From a bacterium (lineage in GTDB: Bacteria > Desulfobacterota > Deferrisomatia > Deferrisomatales > BM512), in contig SCTA01000005.1 in assembly GCA_004322275.1 (NCBI GenBank), positions 71,817 through 135,816 of the forward strand: a DNA stretch of 64,000 nucleotides. Reading direction: 5' to 3'. Shown here piece by piece: positions 35,601 to 43,917 of the stretch. How positions within the stretch are numbered: position 1 is the stretch's first letter; each line of letters starts with the position of its first letter. Below the pieces are notes generated by a model that saw only the letters and a program-made list of their open reading frames with translations, searched no databases and was not told where the DNA came from. Both the position numbers and the translations under genes were made by a program.

Positions 35601-36882
35601 ATGGGCGCTCTTCGGGGGAGAGGGGGAACCCGAGTGGCCGGCGCCCGTGAGGGAGGGCAAGTTTCACCGCGAGGTCCCTATCGCCGAGGCTCTCGAATCC
35701 TCCGCCTCCGCTTTCGAGGTTCAAAGAAGCGGCTCCGTATCCCTTCTGGCCGGTTTCCCGTGGTTCCTTGACTGGGGCAGGGATTCGCTCATAGCCGCTC
35801 GCGGGCTCATAGCGATGGGAAAAACCTCCACGGCGGCGAAGGTGATTACCTCTTTCGCCGCGATGGAAAGGGAGGGGACCCTGCCCAACGCGCTTCGGGG
35901 AAGCGATTCCTCCAACCGGGATACCTCCGACGCCCCCCTGTGGCTCGCGGTCGCGGCCTTCGAGTACGCCGCGGCCACCGGAAACGAGGATTTCTGGGAA
36001 ACCGCCCTAGGCAAAAGGACGCTCCGGGAGGTAATCGTCTCCATCGCGAAGAGCTACATCCGGGGCACCCCCAATTCGATAATCATGGACCCGGCCACCG
36101 CTCTGGTCTTCAGCCCCGCCCACTACACCTGGATGGACACGAATTTTCCCGCCGGAACTCCCCGGGAAGGTTATCCCGTCGAGATTCAGGCGCTCTGGTA
36201 CAAGGTTCTCCGGGGGCTCTCCGGAATCGACGGTTCTGAAAACTGGGCTGCGCTGGCCGGTCAGGCGAGATCCTCCATACTTGAACTCTTTTATTCTCAA
36301 AAAAGGGGGTTTATGTCGGACTGCCTCCACGCCGCGCCGGGGCAGGGAGCGAGGGAAGGCGTTCCCGACGACCACCTGCGTCCGAACCAGCTTTTCGCCG
36401 TCACCCTCGGAGCGGCGGGAACGAGCGAGGCTCACGGGATAATCGAGGCGTGCAGGGAGCTGCTGGTTCCGGGCGGCATGAGGAGCCTCGCGGACAGGGA
36501 GGTGGCCTTCCCCCTCCACATCGAGCAGGGCGGCAAGCTCCTCTCCGACCCCAGGCACCCTTACCGGGGCCGCTACGAGGGGCCGGAGGACTTTTCCCGG
36601 AAGCCCGCCTACCACAACGGCACCGCCTGGACCTTCCTTCTCCCCTCCTTTTGCGAGGCCCTCTACCTAACCCTGGGAGAGTGCGCCAGGGCGGAAGCGC
36701 TTTCGCTGATGAGCTCCTGCGGCGCGGTGATGGAGGCGGGATGTCTGGGCCACGTGGCGGAGATTATGGACGGCGACGCCCCCCATTCGCTTCGCGGCTG
36801 CGGGGCGCAGCTCTGGGGAGCGACCGAGGCGTACAGAATTTTTGTGTTATTGAAAAACAGGAGTAGAATTATTAAGGGCTGA
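32659..36882 (+). CDS. GH13 alpha-amylase-family domain fused to amylo-alpha-1,6-glucosidase (GDE_C-type) domain; eukaryote-style glycogen debranching enzyme-like
   Basis: 1407 aa. GH13 regions I-IV are VFLDIPVNHTG, GVDGFRCDAGYMV, FFLEGLGG and FAETHDNDRLA. The C-terminal third shows (alpha/alpha)6 debranching-enzyme-like blocks (GFPWFLDWGRDSLIA, DAPLWLAVAAFEY, HNGTAWTFLLP). Confidence 0.8.
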   Translation: MIQTPSPGAELVRFTGDLLTVTLETQKDKGVEAYLRTTLGRAGVRRREIIDEVEAGVPRLDRDWRDLRMERKGPGVFSVTFPLLETGVFWAKAFCLPRGGEPQWPSGGNIRIKVISAEYSFANTIYSAFVRQHSQTLPGPAELSQNVEKLEEEGYTVIPPSGRFRDFSERIPFIVETLGFRIIQLLPVHPVPTTYGRMGRFGSPFASLDFMDTDPAMAEFDRRTTPLDQLRELVDKSHSLHAKVFLDIPVNHTGWASWLQIHHPEWFARSSDESFLSPGAWGVVWSDLSKLDYSSKHLWRYMAEVFLWWCRLGVDGFRCDAGYMVPVEAWRYMVAKVREEFPDTVFFLEGLGGPLWTMESLLVEAGLDWAYSELFQNYTRDQLDAYIPWSDGVSRLKGPLIHFAETHDNDRLAARSENYARMRCGLSALVSQWGGFGLTNGAEWLATKKIEVHEAGELNWGAAHNQVDWIAKLNTLLSTHQTFVNEAELKIVGCLKNRSALAVRRSCGGSAVLVIANLDTEKEGTVRWKRQDFPFDKAEAVDLLSRKAVSVGTQKEEHLLTLRAGEVLCLGYAHERHGEDFRALMSQRMARRSLLRLAKVWGKAGEITPERLMELESIHQGDPYLLCAELSGCPLPPVSRWRYPSDLRRVLPLPPGNVLLAESKEDFELTLVSGGKVLLRERAIRSSGGDYFVLVPPLGEKHETQRTVELEILVYGRVAARYKGKALLLGGGEDTAVTMYRPAAKGFPPRSHAILSNRRGTMAMARARWGHLESVYDAFLSANPSGTDPSDRWVFLRRCRAWLVYRGYSRELSAECMTGFAVDDNCHMAWFFEIPCGMGKYVRIEARLSILPSQNAVELKFLRPTGVIEEELPPDEPVAIIVRPDIEDRPCHGVTKAWMGAEARFPGAVFPSKEGFAFRPDPFRSFEMRFFDSLFTSEPEWLYNVAHPFEEGRGLESRSDLFSPGYFRMELRGDGVVSSRAWALFGGEGEPEWPAPVREGKFHREVPIAEALESSASAFEVQRSGSVSLLAGFPWFLDWGRDSLIAARGLIAMGKTSTAAKVITSFAAMEREGTLPNALRGSDSSNRDTSDAPLWLAVAAFEYAAATGNEDFWETALGKRTLREVIVSIAKSYIRGTPNSIIMDPATALVFSPAHYTWMDTNFPAGTPREGYPVEIQALWYKVLRGLSGIDGSENWAALAGQARSSILELFYSQKRGFMSDCLHAAPGQGAREGVPDDHLRPNQLFAVTLGAAGTSEAHGIIEACRELLVPGGMRSLADREVAFPLHIEQGGKLLSDPRHPYRGRYEGPEDFSRKPAYHNGTAWTFLLPSFCEALYLTLGECARAEALSLMSSCGAVMEAGCLGHVAEIMDGDAPHSLRGCGAQLWGATEAYRIFVLLKNRSRIIKG

Positions 36883-36909
36883 TATAAACCTCACAGAAAG
36901 AGACACAAA

Positions 36910-37191
36910 ATGGCTACTCACAACGCCGGGAAAAAGAAAGTGGTTTTCTCCTGCAAGGCAAATCCGGGGGACGAAGTCTTTATCGCCGGAAGTTTCAACG
37001 ACTGGGAGCCGGCCGCGATTCCGCTTGTGGACGAGAAGGGCGACGGAAATTTCCAGAAGACGCTCTTTCTCCCCAAGGGCAGGCATGAGTACAAGTTCGT
37101 CATCAACGGAGTCTGGTCTCTCGACACTTCGTGCCCCGAGTGGACCTCCAACGGCATGGGTTCCCTGAACAGCGTAATTGATGTCCAGTAG
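36910..37191 (+). CDS. Stand-alone glycogen-binding module (CBM48 / AMPK-beta GBD-like)
   Basis: 93 aa. VVFSCKANPGDEVFIAGSFNDWEPAAIPLVDEKGDGNFQKTLFLPKGRHEYKFVINGVW matches the CBM48 pattern (F.W......V.V.GSFN.W....L......F.....L..G.Y.YKF.VDG.W). Confidence 0.75.
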   Translation: MATHNAGKKKVVFSCKANPGDEVFIAGSFNDWEPAAIPLVDEKGDGNFQKTLFLPKGRHEYKFVINGVWSLDTSCPEWTSNGMGSLNSVIDVQ

Positions 37192-37202
37192 AGGAAAGCC
37201 TC

Positions 37203-38756
37203 ATGCCTCCAGCTAAAAACCGGGCCGGGGCAAGGAAGGCGAGACAGCCGCGCATACTTATCGTCACCCCGGAAATTACCTACCTGCCCAACGGCATGGG
37301 AAACATGGCCAACCGCCTCAGCGCCAAGGCCGGAGGCATGGCCGACGTTTCGGCTTCACTGGTCTCGGCCCTCTTCGAGATGGGCGTGGACGTGCACGTC
37401 GCCATCCCCAACTACCGCCAGCTCTTCTCCATAGACATAAACCAGCTCATAAGCGACGAGCTTCGCCTCTACCAGCGCAAGCTCCCCCACGACAGGATAC
37501 ACCTTGCCGAGGACAGGATCTTTTACTACCGCTCCGCGGTCTACGGAAACTACGAATCTGAAAATCCCCGGCTCTCGCTGGCTTTCCAGCGCGAGGTGAT
37601 AAACAACATCATACCGAGGGTCCACCCCGACCTTATCCACTGCAACGACTGGATGACCGGCCTCATTCCCGCCCACGCCCGCAGGCTCGGAATTCCCAGC
37701 CTCTTCACCGTCCACAACATCCACACCCAGCTCATGGAACTGGCGAAAATAGAGGACTACGGGATAGACGCGGCCGGGTTCTGGTTGAACCTCTACTACG
37801 TCTACCCTCCTTCGACCTATGAGGAAACGAGGGACCGTGACCCGGTGGATTTTCTGACCAGCGGCATCTTCGCGGCGCACTTCATCAACACCGTTAGCAA
37901 GTCCTTTCTGGAGGAGATAGTCGAGGGGCAGCACGACTTCATCCTTCCGCACATAAGAAACGAGCTTCGGGGCAAGTACTACGCCGGGTGCGCCACCGGG
38001 ATACTCAACGCCCCCGACGGTTCCTACACCCCTTCGACCGACCCCGCCCTTCAGGTCAACTACACTTCGGCCGACCACAGGGAGGGAAAGCGCAAGAACA
38101 AGCTCCACTTCCAGAAGTCGATGGGGCTCTTCGAGGAGCAGGACGCGCCGATCTTCTTCTGGCCCTCCCGCCTAGACCCACAGCAAAAGGGGTGTCAGCT
38201 GCTTGCGGAGATACTCGAAGCCATCGTCCGGGATTACGGTTTCGAGGGGCTGCAGGTCGCAATGGTGTCAAGGGGCCCCTTCGCCCACGAGTTTCACGAG
38301 ATTATAAGGTCCAGAAACCTCCAGGGAAGGGTAAGCCTGCGGGATTTCGACGAAGACCTGAGCAGGCAGGGGTTCGCCGCCGCCGATTTCGTGCTGATGC
38401 CCTCCCTTTTCGAGCCCTGCGGGCTTCCCCAGATGATAGGCATACTCTACGGCGCCCTGCCGGTGGTGCGGGAAACCGGGGGTCTCAAGGATACGGTCTT
38501 CCCGCTCGACGTGAAAAATTCCACCGGCAACGGCTTTACCTTCCGCGATTTCGACGCCGGGGGGCTCCGGTGGGGGGTAGACAGGGCTATGGATTTCTAC
38601 AGGCTGCCGGAAAGCATGAGAGAAACGCAGACCAAGAGGATCATGACGGATGGAGAGAAGACCTTCCGCCACGACGTAACCGCGGCCGAGTACATCAAGC
38701 TCTACGAAAAGATGCTGGAGAGGCCCCTTGTCACCAAAGACATGGGCGCGGGGTAG
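37203..38756 (+). CDS. glgA: Glycogen/starch synthase (GT5)
   Basis: 517 aa. It has the K-x-G-G motif variant SAKAGGMADV, and the C-terminal segment PSLFEPCGLPQMIGILYGALPVV is typical of GT-B glycogen synthases. Confidence 0.85.
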   Translation: MPPAKNRAGARKARQPRILIVTPEITYLPNGMGNMANRLSAKAGGMADVSASLVSALFEMGVDVHVAIPNYRQLFSIDINQLISDELRLYQRKLPHDRIHLAEDRIFYYRSAVYGNYESENPRLSLAFQREVINNIIPRVHPDLIHCNDWMTGLIPAHARRLGIPSLFTVHNIHTQLMELAKIEDYGIDAAGFWLNLYYVYPPSTYEETRDRDPVDFLTSGIFAAHFINTVSKSFLEEIVEGQHDFILPHIRNELRGKYYAGCATGILNAPDGSYTPSTDPALQVNYTSADHREGKRKNKLHFQKSMGLFEEQDAPIFFWPSRLDPQQKGCQLLAEILEAIVRDYGFEGLQVAMVSRGPFAHEFHEIIRSRNLQGRVSLRDFDEDLSRQGFAAADFVLMPSLFEPCGLPQMIGILYGALPVVRETGGLKDTVFPLDVKNSTGNGFTFRDFDAGGLRWGVDRAMDFYRLPESMRETQTKRIMTDGEKTFRHDVTAAEYIKLYEKMLERPLVTKDMGAG

Positions 38757-38762
38757 GCGGCG

Positions 38763-40763
38763 ATGAAAAACCTCCCCGGCTGGCTGGACGAATACCTTCT
38801 TCCCTACGCGGATAAAATCGCGGCGCGCGCCGCCGTCGTCGAACAGCTCGGGCGAAGACTCGGCGACCTCGTCAAATTCGCCGACGCCCACGAAGCCTAC
38901 GGACTCCAGGGGTGCGCGGGCGGGGGCTGGCGCTTTAGGGAGTGGGCTCCGGGCGCTACGGATATTTACCTCATCGGGGATTTCAACGGATGGCGGGAAA
39001 GCGAGGAATACCGCCTCCAGCGGACCGGGGGAGGCGACTTCGAGGGGTGTTTTCCCGAGGAATCCTTCAGCCACGGGCAGCACTACAAGCTCGGGGTACA
39101 CTGGCGCGGAGGCTACGGAGAGAGGATTCCTGCGTGCGCAAGAAGGGTGGTTCAGGACAACGCCACCAAAATCTTCTCGGCGCAGGTATGGAAGCCCGAA
39201 AACCCCTTCCGGTGGGAGTTTCCGCGACCTCCCTCCCCGAAAACGCCGATAATCTACGAGGCCCACGCCGGCATGGCCGAAGAGCGAGAGGGGGTGGGAA
39301 CCTGGGTCGAATTTCGCGACAACCTCCTCCAGCGCATAGCCGACGCCGGCTATAATACCCTGCAGCTAATGGCCGTCGCCGAGCACCCCTACTACGGCTC
39401 CTTCGGCTACCACGTATCGAGCTTTTTCGCCCCCTCTTCCCGCTTCGGCACCCCCGAGGAATTCAAATCGCTCATCGACCGCGCCCACGCGCTCGGCCTT
39501 TGCGTTATAATCGACCTCGTCCACTCCCACGCGGTGAAAAACGAAAACGAGGGCCTCTCCCGTCAGGACGGCACCGATCACCTCTATTTTCACTCCGGCC
39601 CGAAAGGGCTCCACCCCCTCTGGGACTCGCGCCTCTTCGATTACGCGAAGCCGGGAGTGCTCCGGTTCCTCCTCTCGAACTGCCGCTACTGGCTTACCGA
39701 GTTTAACCTCGACGGCTTTCGCTTCGACGGGGTGACGAGCATGCTCTACACCCACCACGGGGCGAACAAGAACTTCACCTCCTACGACGACTACTTCACC
39801 GGCGAATTCGACACCGACGCCTTCGCTTATCTCGCCCTCGCCAACCTCCTCATACATGAGATATACCCCGGTGCGATTACGATCGCCGAAGACGTGAGCG
39901 GCGCGCCGGGGCTGGCCGCACCGGTGAGCGAGGGGGGCGCGGGGTTTGACTACCGCCTTTCGATGGGGATACCGGACGTCTGGTTCAAGGTCGCCGAAAC
40001 CCTGCGTGACGAGGAGTGGGACATAGGGGGAATATGGTTCGAGCTTACGCGCAGGAGAAGGGAAGAAAAAACCATCTCCTACGTCGAGAGCCACGATCAG
40101 GCCCTCGTCGGCGGCAAGACGATGCTCTTCAAGCTGGCCGACGCGAGGGTCTACACGGCGATGGAGGAGACCAGCGGCGACCTCGCCATCGACAGGGCCA
40201 TAGCCCTCCACAAGATGATGCGCCTTTTCACCCTCGTCGCCTCCGGCGGGGGGTATCTCACCTTCATGGGCAACGAATTCGGCCACCCCGAGTGGATAGA
40301 TTTCCCCAGGGAGGGCAACGGCTGGTCCTACAAGTTCGCCAGAAGGCAGTGGAGCCTTCGGGACGACCCGCGCCTCCGCTACCGCTTCCTCGCGGATTTC
40401 GACCGGGAGATGCTCCGGCTCTTCACGAATCCCGACAGGCTTTTCGGGAGCTGGCCGAGGGTTCTGGACCTCATAGCGTCCGACAAGGTTGTGGCCGTGG
40501 AGCGCGGCGGCCTCTTCGTCATCTTCAATTTTTGCCCTCACTCCTCCTACACCGACTACGGAGTGGCGCTGCCTCCGGGCTCCTACACCCTGCTTATGGA
40601 CTCGGACGAAAAGAGGTTCGGAGGGTTCGACAGGATTTTACCGGGGCAAAGGTATTTCACTTTCCCAAGAAGGGCGGGAAGCGAGATGATGCACGTTGCG
40701 AATTTTTATCTGCCCAGCCGTACGGCTATCATCCTCGAAAGGGATTCCAGTGGGAGCCGTTGA
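38763..40763 (+). CDS. glgB: 1,4-alpha-glucan branching enzyme (GH13, eukaryote-type subfamily)
   Basis: 666 aa. GH13 regions are DLVHSHAV, LDGFRFDGVTSMLY, ITIAEDVSG and YVESHDQALVG. The DGFRFDGVTSM signature is the one I associate with eukaryotic-type branching enzymes. Confidence 0.85.
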   Translation: MKNLPGWLDEYLLPYADKIAARAAVVEQLGRRLGDLVKFADAHEAYGLQGCAGGGWRFREWAPGATDIYLIGDFNGWRESEEYRLQRTGGGDFEGCFPEESFSHGQHYKLGVHWRGGYGERIPACARRVVQDNATKIFSAQVWKPENPFRWEFPRPPSPKTPIIYEAHAGMAEEREGVGTWVEFRDNLLQRIADAGYNTLQLMAVAEHPYYGSFGYHVSSFFAPSSRFGTPEEFKSLIDRAHALGLCVIIDLVHSHAVKNENEGLSRQDGTDHLYFHSGPKGLHPLWDSRLFDYAKPGVLRFLLSNCRYWLTEFNLDGFRFDGVTSMLYTHHGANKNFTSYDDYFTGEFDTDAFAYLALANLLIHEIYPGAITIAEDVSGAPGLAAPVSEGGAGFDYRLSMGIPDVWFKVAETLRDEEWDIGGIWFELTRRRREEKTISYVESHDQALVGGKTMLFKLADARVYTAMEETSGDLAIDRAIALHKMMRLFTLVASGGGYLTFMGNEFGHPEWIDFPREGNGWSYKFARRQWSLRDDPRLRYRFLADFDREMLRLFTNPDRLFGSWPRVLDLIASDKVVAVERGGLFVIFNFCPHSSYTDYGVALPPGSYTLLMDSDEKRFGGFDRILPGQRYFTFPRRAGSEMMHVANFYLPSRTAIILERDSSGSR

Positions 40764-40799
40764 AAAGCGTCGCGAGAAGCCCGGACTACTCCAGCACGC

Positions 40800-40905
40800 T
40801 ATTTCGGCGAAGGGCAAGGAGTCCGCAGGGCGCGCAGTCGAAGGCAGTATCGTTTATACGCCGAGACTCGCGCCCGAGAAACGACACAGCCATTCGCCGA
40901 AATCG
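40800..40905. repeat. About 90-bp GC-rich repeat, plus orientation, in the glgB-glgP spacer
   Basis: It is closed by an 11-bp inverted repeat, ATTTCGGCGAA/TTCGCCGAAAT. Its core is near-identical to the reverse complement of 30450-30535. It ends about 10 nt before the glgP start codon. Confidence 0.8.
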
Positions 40906-40916
40906 GAGAATAAATA

Positions 40917-43478
40917 ATGAAGGTGCATCCGTTCAGCATAGTACCCAAGGTGCCGGACCTCCTCTCCCCGCTTAAGGAGATAATGTTCAATCTCTGGTGG
41001 AGCTGGAATCCCGAGGCGGTCGACCTCTTCCGGCGCATAGACCACGAGATGTGGTCCAAAACCGCCCACAACCCCGTGGCGATGCTCGGCATGGTCTCGC
41101 AGCAGAGGCTCCGGGAGCTGGCGCAGGACCCGCCTTTCATAGCCCACATGGAGAGGATAAGCGAAGCCCTGAAGGAGTACCTCGACACCGCCCCAAAATC
41201 GGATATGACCGACGGGGAGCCGTGCGATTTCGACGGAAGCTGCCTGGCCTACTTTTCAATGGAATACGCAATCCACGAGTGCCTCCCGATCTACGCGGGC
41301 GGCCTCGGGGCGCTCGCGGGCGACCACGTGAAGAGCGCCAGCGACCTCGGCCTCCCCCTCGTGGCCGTCGGCCTTCTCTACCGGCAGGGCCACTATCACC
41401 AGTACCTCTCCTACGACGGCTGGCAAAAGGAGGTCTATCTGGAGAACGACTTCCACAATATGCCGCTGACGCTGGTGCGGGGCGAGGACGGCGAGCCCGT
41501 GGTCATCGAGGTGAAGATTCAGGAGGAGACGGTCCGCCTGCGCGCCTGGGTGGTGAAGGTCGGGAGGGTTCCGCTTTACCTTCTCGACGCGAACCTGGAC
41601 GAAAACACCCCAAGCATGAGGGAGATAACCTCCCGCCTCTACGCGCCCGGCGCGGCGATACGCCTCCAGCAGGAGATAGTCCTCGGAATCGGCGGCGTGA
41701 GATTCCTCCAGAAGATCGGCAAGTCTCCCAGCGTCTTCCACATGAACGAGGGCCATTCCGCCTTTCTGGCCCTCGAACGGGCGAGAATCACGATGACGGA
41801 GTTCGGCCTCTCCTTCGAGGAGGCGATCGAGGCCATACGCGCCGGAAACATCTTCACCACGCACACCCCGGTACAGGCTGGAATAGATCACTTCCCGGCA
41901 GACCTCATAAAGGCCCAGCTAGGCCAGGAACTCATACATATGGGGATACCGATGGAAGGGGTGATGCGCCTCGGCCTCAGCGACCCCTCGCAGGGGCAGC
42001 AGGACCTTTCGATGGCGGTGCTTGCCATACGGACCAGCATCTACCGCAACGGCGTAAGCCGCCTTCACGGAGTGGTGGCGCGCAAGATGTGGGCGGACGT
42101 GTGGCGCGGGACGCCGGTGGACGAAGTCCCCATCGGCCACGTCACCAACGGCATCCACGTGCGGACCTGGCTCTCGGACGAGATGGCGAGACTCTATTTC
42201 CGTTATCTCGGCCCCCAGTGGATGAACGAGACCAACAGCGAAAAAACCTGGGAGCGCATCCACGAGATACCGGACAACGAACTCTGGCGCGCCAAAGAGA
42301 GGCTCAAGCAGCGCCTCATCGGCTACGTGAGGAAGAACCTTCCCAAACACCTCGCCCGGCGCGGCTGCGCCCAGAGCGAGGTCTGCTCCGGCGAGCAGGT
42401 GCTCGACCCCGAGGCGCTCACCATAGGGTTTGCGAGGCGCTTCGCCTCCTACAAGCGGGCGGCTCTCATCTTCCGCGAGCCGGAGAGGCTCTACAAGATA
42501 CTCGGCGACAAGGACAGACCCGCGCAGATAGTCTTCGCGGGCAAGGCGCACCCCGCCGACGACGAAGGCAAAAAGCTCATCCAGCAGATAATACGCTTCT
42601 GTAGGCAGAGGGAATTTCGCGACCGGGTGGTTTTCGTAGAGGACTACGACATAAACATCGCCAGATATCTTGTGCAGGGCGTGGACATCTGGCTGAACAC
42701 CCCCAGAAGGCCGCTCGAAGCCTGCGGCACCAGCGGAATGAAGGTCATACCCAACGGCGGCCTCCATCTTAGCGTACTCGACGGCTGGTGGGACGAAGCC
42801 TACACCAACGAAGTCGGGTGGGCGATAGGCAACGGCGAAGAGCAGGGCGACCTGGAGACCCAGGACCAGCTAGACAGCTACGACATCTACGAGGTCCTCG
42901 AACAGGACATAATTCCGCTCTTCTACGACAGGCTCGAAGAAGAGGTGCCGATCGGCTGGGTCAAAAAGATGAAGCGGGCGATGGCAACCCTCATCCCTGT
43001 CTTCAACACCGACCGGATGGTGAGCGAATACGCCGAAAAATATTACAAGCCCGCCATAAAATATCGAAGGCGCATCGGGGCGGAGAACTACCGCGCCGCC
43101 ATGCACCTCGCCAAATGGAAAAAGAAGGTCCAGACCGCCTGGCCGAACGTCGCCGTCACCAAGGTCGAAGAACTCAGCCGCAAGGAGACGCCGATAGGGG
43201 AGCCGCTCGAGATAAGCTGCACGGTGGCTCTGGGCGGCCTCGAAAACGACGACGTGCGCGTCGAGGCCTACTACGGCCCGCTCGACAACAGCGGCGAGAT
43301 ATCCTCCCCCAAATCCCACCCCCTCCACTTCGACATGAAAAAAGACACCGGCGAAGTGGTCTTTGGCGGGACGATACTGGGCGAAGAGGTGGGGCGCAAC
43401 GGTTTCGCCATCAGGGTCAGACCGACCCATCCCAATCTTGTGAACGAGCCGGATTCGGGTCTGGTGATCTGGGGATAG
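40917..43478 (+). CDS. glgP: Alpha-glucan phosphorylase (GT35, alpha-glucan family)
   Basis: 853 aa. It has GGLGALAGDH near the N-terminus and the PLP-lysine block EACGTSGMK. Confidence 0.9.
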   Translation: MKVHPFSIVPKVPDLLSPLKEIMFNLWWSWNPEAVDLFRRIDHEMWSKTAHNPVAMLGMVSQQRLRELAQDPPFIAHMERISEALKEYLDTAPKSDMTDGEPCDFDGSCLAYFSMEYAIHECLPIYAGGLGALAGDHVKSASDLGLPLVAVGLLYRQGHYHQYLSYDGWQKEVYLENDFHNMPLTLVRGEDGEPVVIEVKIQEETVRLRAWVVKVGRVPLYLLDANLDENTPSMREITSRLYAPGAAIRLQQEIVLGIGGVRFLQKIGKSPSVFHMNEGHSAFLALERARITMTEFGLSFEEAIEAIRAGNIFTTHTPVQAGIDHFPADLIKAQLGQELIHMGIPMEGVMRLGLSDPSQGQQDLSMAVLAIRTSIYRNGVSRLHGVVARKMWADVWRGTPVDEVPIGHVTNGIHVRTWLSDEMARLYFRYLGPQWMNETNSEKTWERIHEIPDNELWRAKERLKQRLIGYVRKNLPKHLARRGCAQSEVCSGEQVLDPEALTIGFARRFASYKRAALIFREPERLYKILGDKDRPAQIVFAGKAHPADDEGKKLIQQIIRFCRQREFRDRVVFVEDYDINIARYLVQGVDIWLNTPRRPLEACGTSGMKVIPNGGLHLSVLDGWWDEAYTNEVGWAIGNGEEQGDLETQDQLDSYDIYEVLEQDIIPLFYDRLEEEVPIGWVKKMKRAMATLIPVFNTDRMVSEYAEKYYKPAIKYRRRIGAENYRAAMHLAKWKKKVQTAWPNVAVTKVEELSRKETPIGEPLEISCTVALGGLENDDVRVEAYYGPLDNSGEISSPKSHPLHFDMKKDTGEVVFGGTILGEEVGRNGFAIRVRPTHPNLVNEPDSGLVIWG

Positions 43479-43611
43479 TTGCCCTCGCAAGGATAATAAA
43501 TAAGTATACTGCCCAAAATGCCGCCCCCGACTTCTAATCCGCTTCCCTTTTTTTTCATAGGGAGAAAAGAGGGAGAAAATTCCTTTAAAAAAATAACAGT
43601 AGTGCCCGTCG

Positions 43612-43659
43612 GGATGGACTCGGATTTGAAGGGCATTTCAAATCCTCGGGGCTTCGCCC
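43612..43659. repeat. 48-bp direct repeat, copy 1
   Basis: GGATGGACTCGGATTTGAAGGGCATTTCAAATCCTCGGGGCTTCGCCC recurs at 43918-43965 with 3 mismatches. It contains the hairpin GGATTTGAA/TTCAAATCC. Confidence 0.85.
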
Positions 43660-43662
43660 CAG

Positions 43663-43712
43663 CCCTTTGGGCTGTCCAATTCGACATTCGGCGAATTGGA
43701 CAGCCCAAAGGG
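43663..43712. repeat. Perfect 21-bp-stem hairpin
   Basis: CCCTTTGGGCTGTCCAATTCG - ACATTCGG - CGAATTGGACAGCCCAAAGGG. Confidence 0.9.
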
Positions 43713-43737
43713 GTTCTCACCCGACGAGCTAATAAGC

Positions 43738-43772
43738 AAAAAAGCCATCCCTTGCGGGGTGGCTTTTTTGCT
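43738..43772. terminator. Bidirectional rho-independent terminator (glgP / tRNA-Arg)
   Basis: In AAAAAAGCCATCCCTTGCGGGGTGGCTTTTTTG, the stem is flanked by an A-run and a T-run. Confidence 0.7.
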
Positions 43773-43776
43773 TAAT

Positions 43777-43853
43777 TGGCGCGCCCGGAGGGATTTGAAC
43801 CCCCGGCCTGCGGATTCGAAGTCCGACGCTCTATCCGGCTGAGCTACGGGCGC
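43777..43853 (-). tRNA. tRNA-Arg (anticodon TCG)
   Basis: The reverse complement folds with acceptor GCGCCCG/CGGGCGC, D arm GCTC..GAGC, anticodon loop CTTCGAA and T arm GGGGG-TTCAAAT-CCCTC, with CCA encoded. There is one mismatch at the top of the anticodon stem. Confidence 0.8.
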
Positions 43854-43917
43854 ATGGTGGTCTGAAATCTATACTTTTCGGTAGGGCGGGTCAAGGGCGT
43901 GCCGGAACCCGGCCTAC

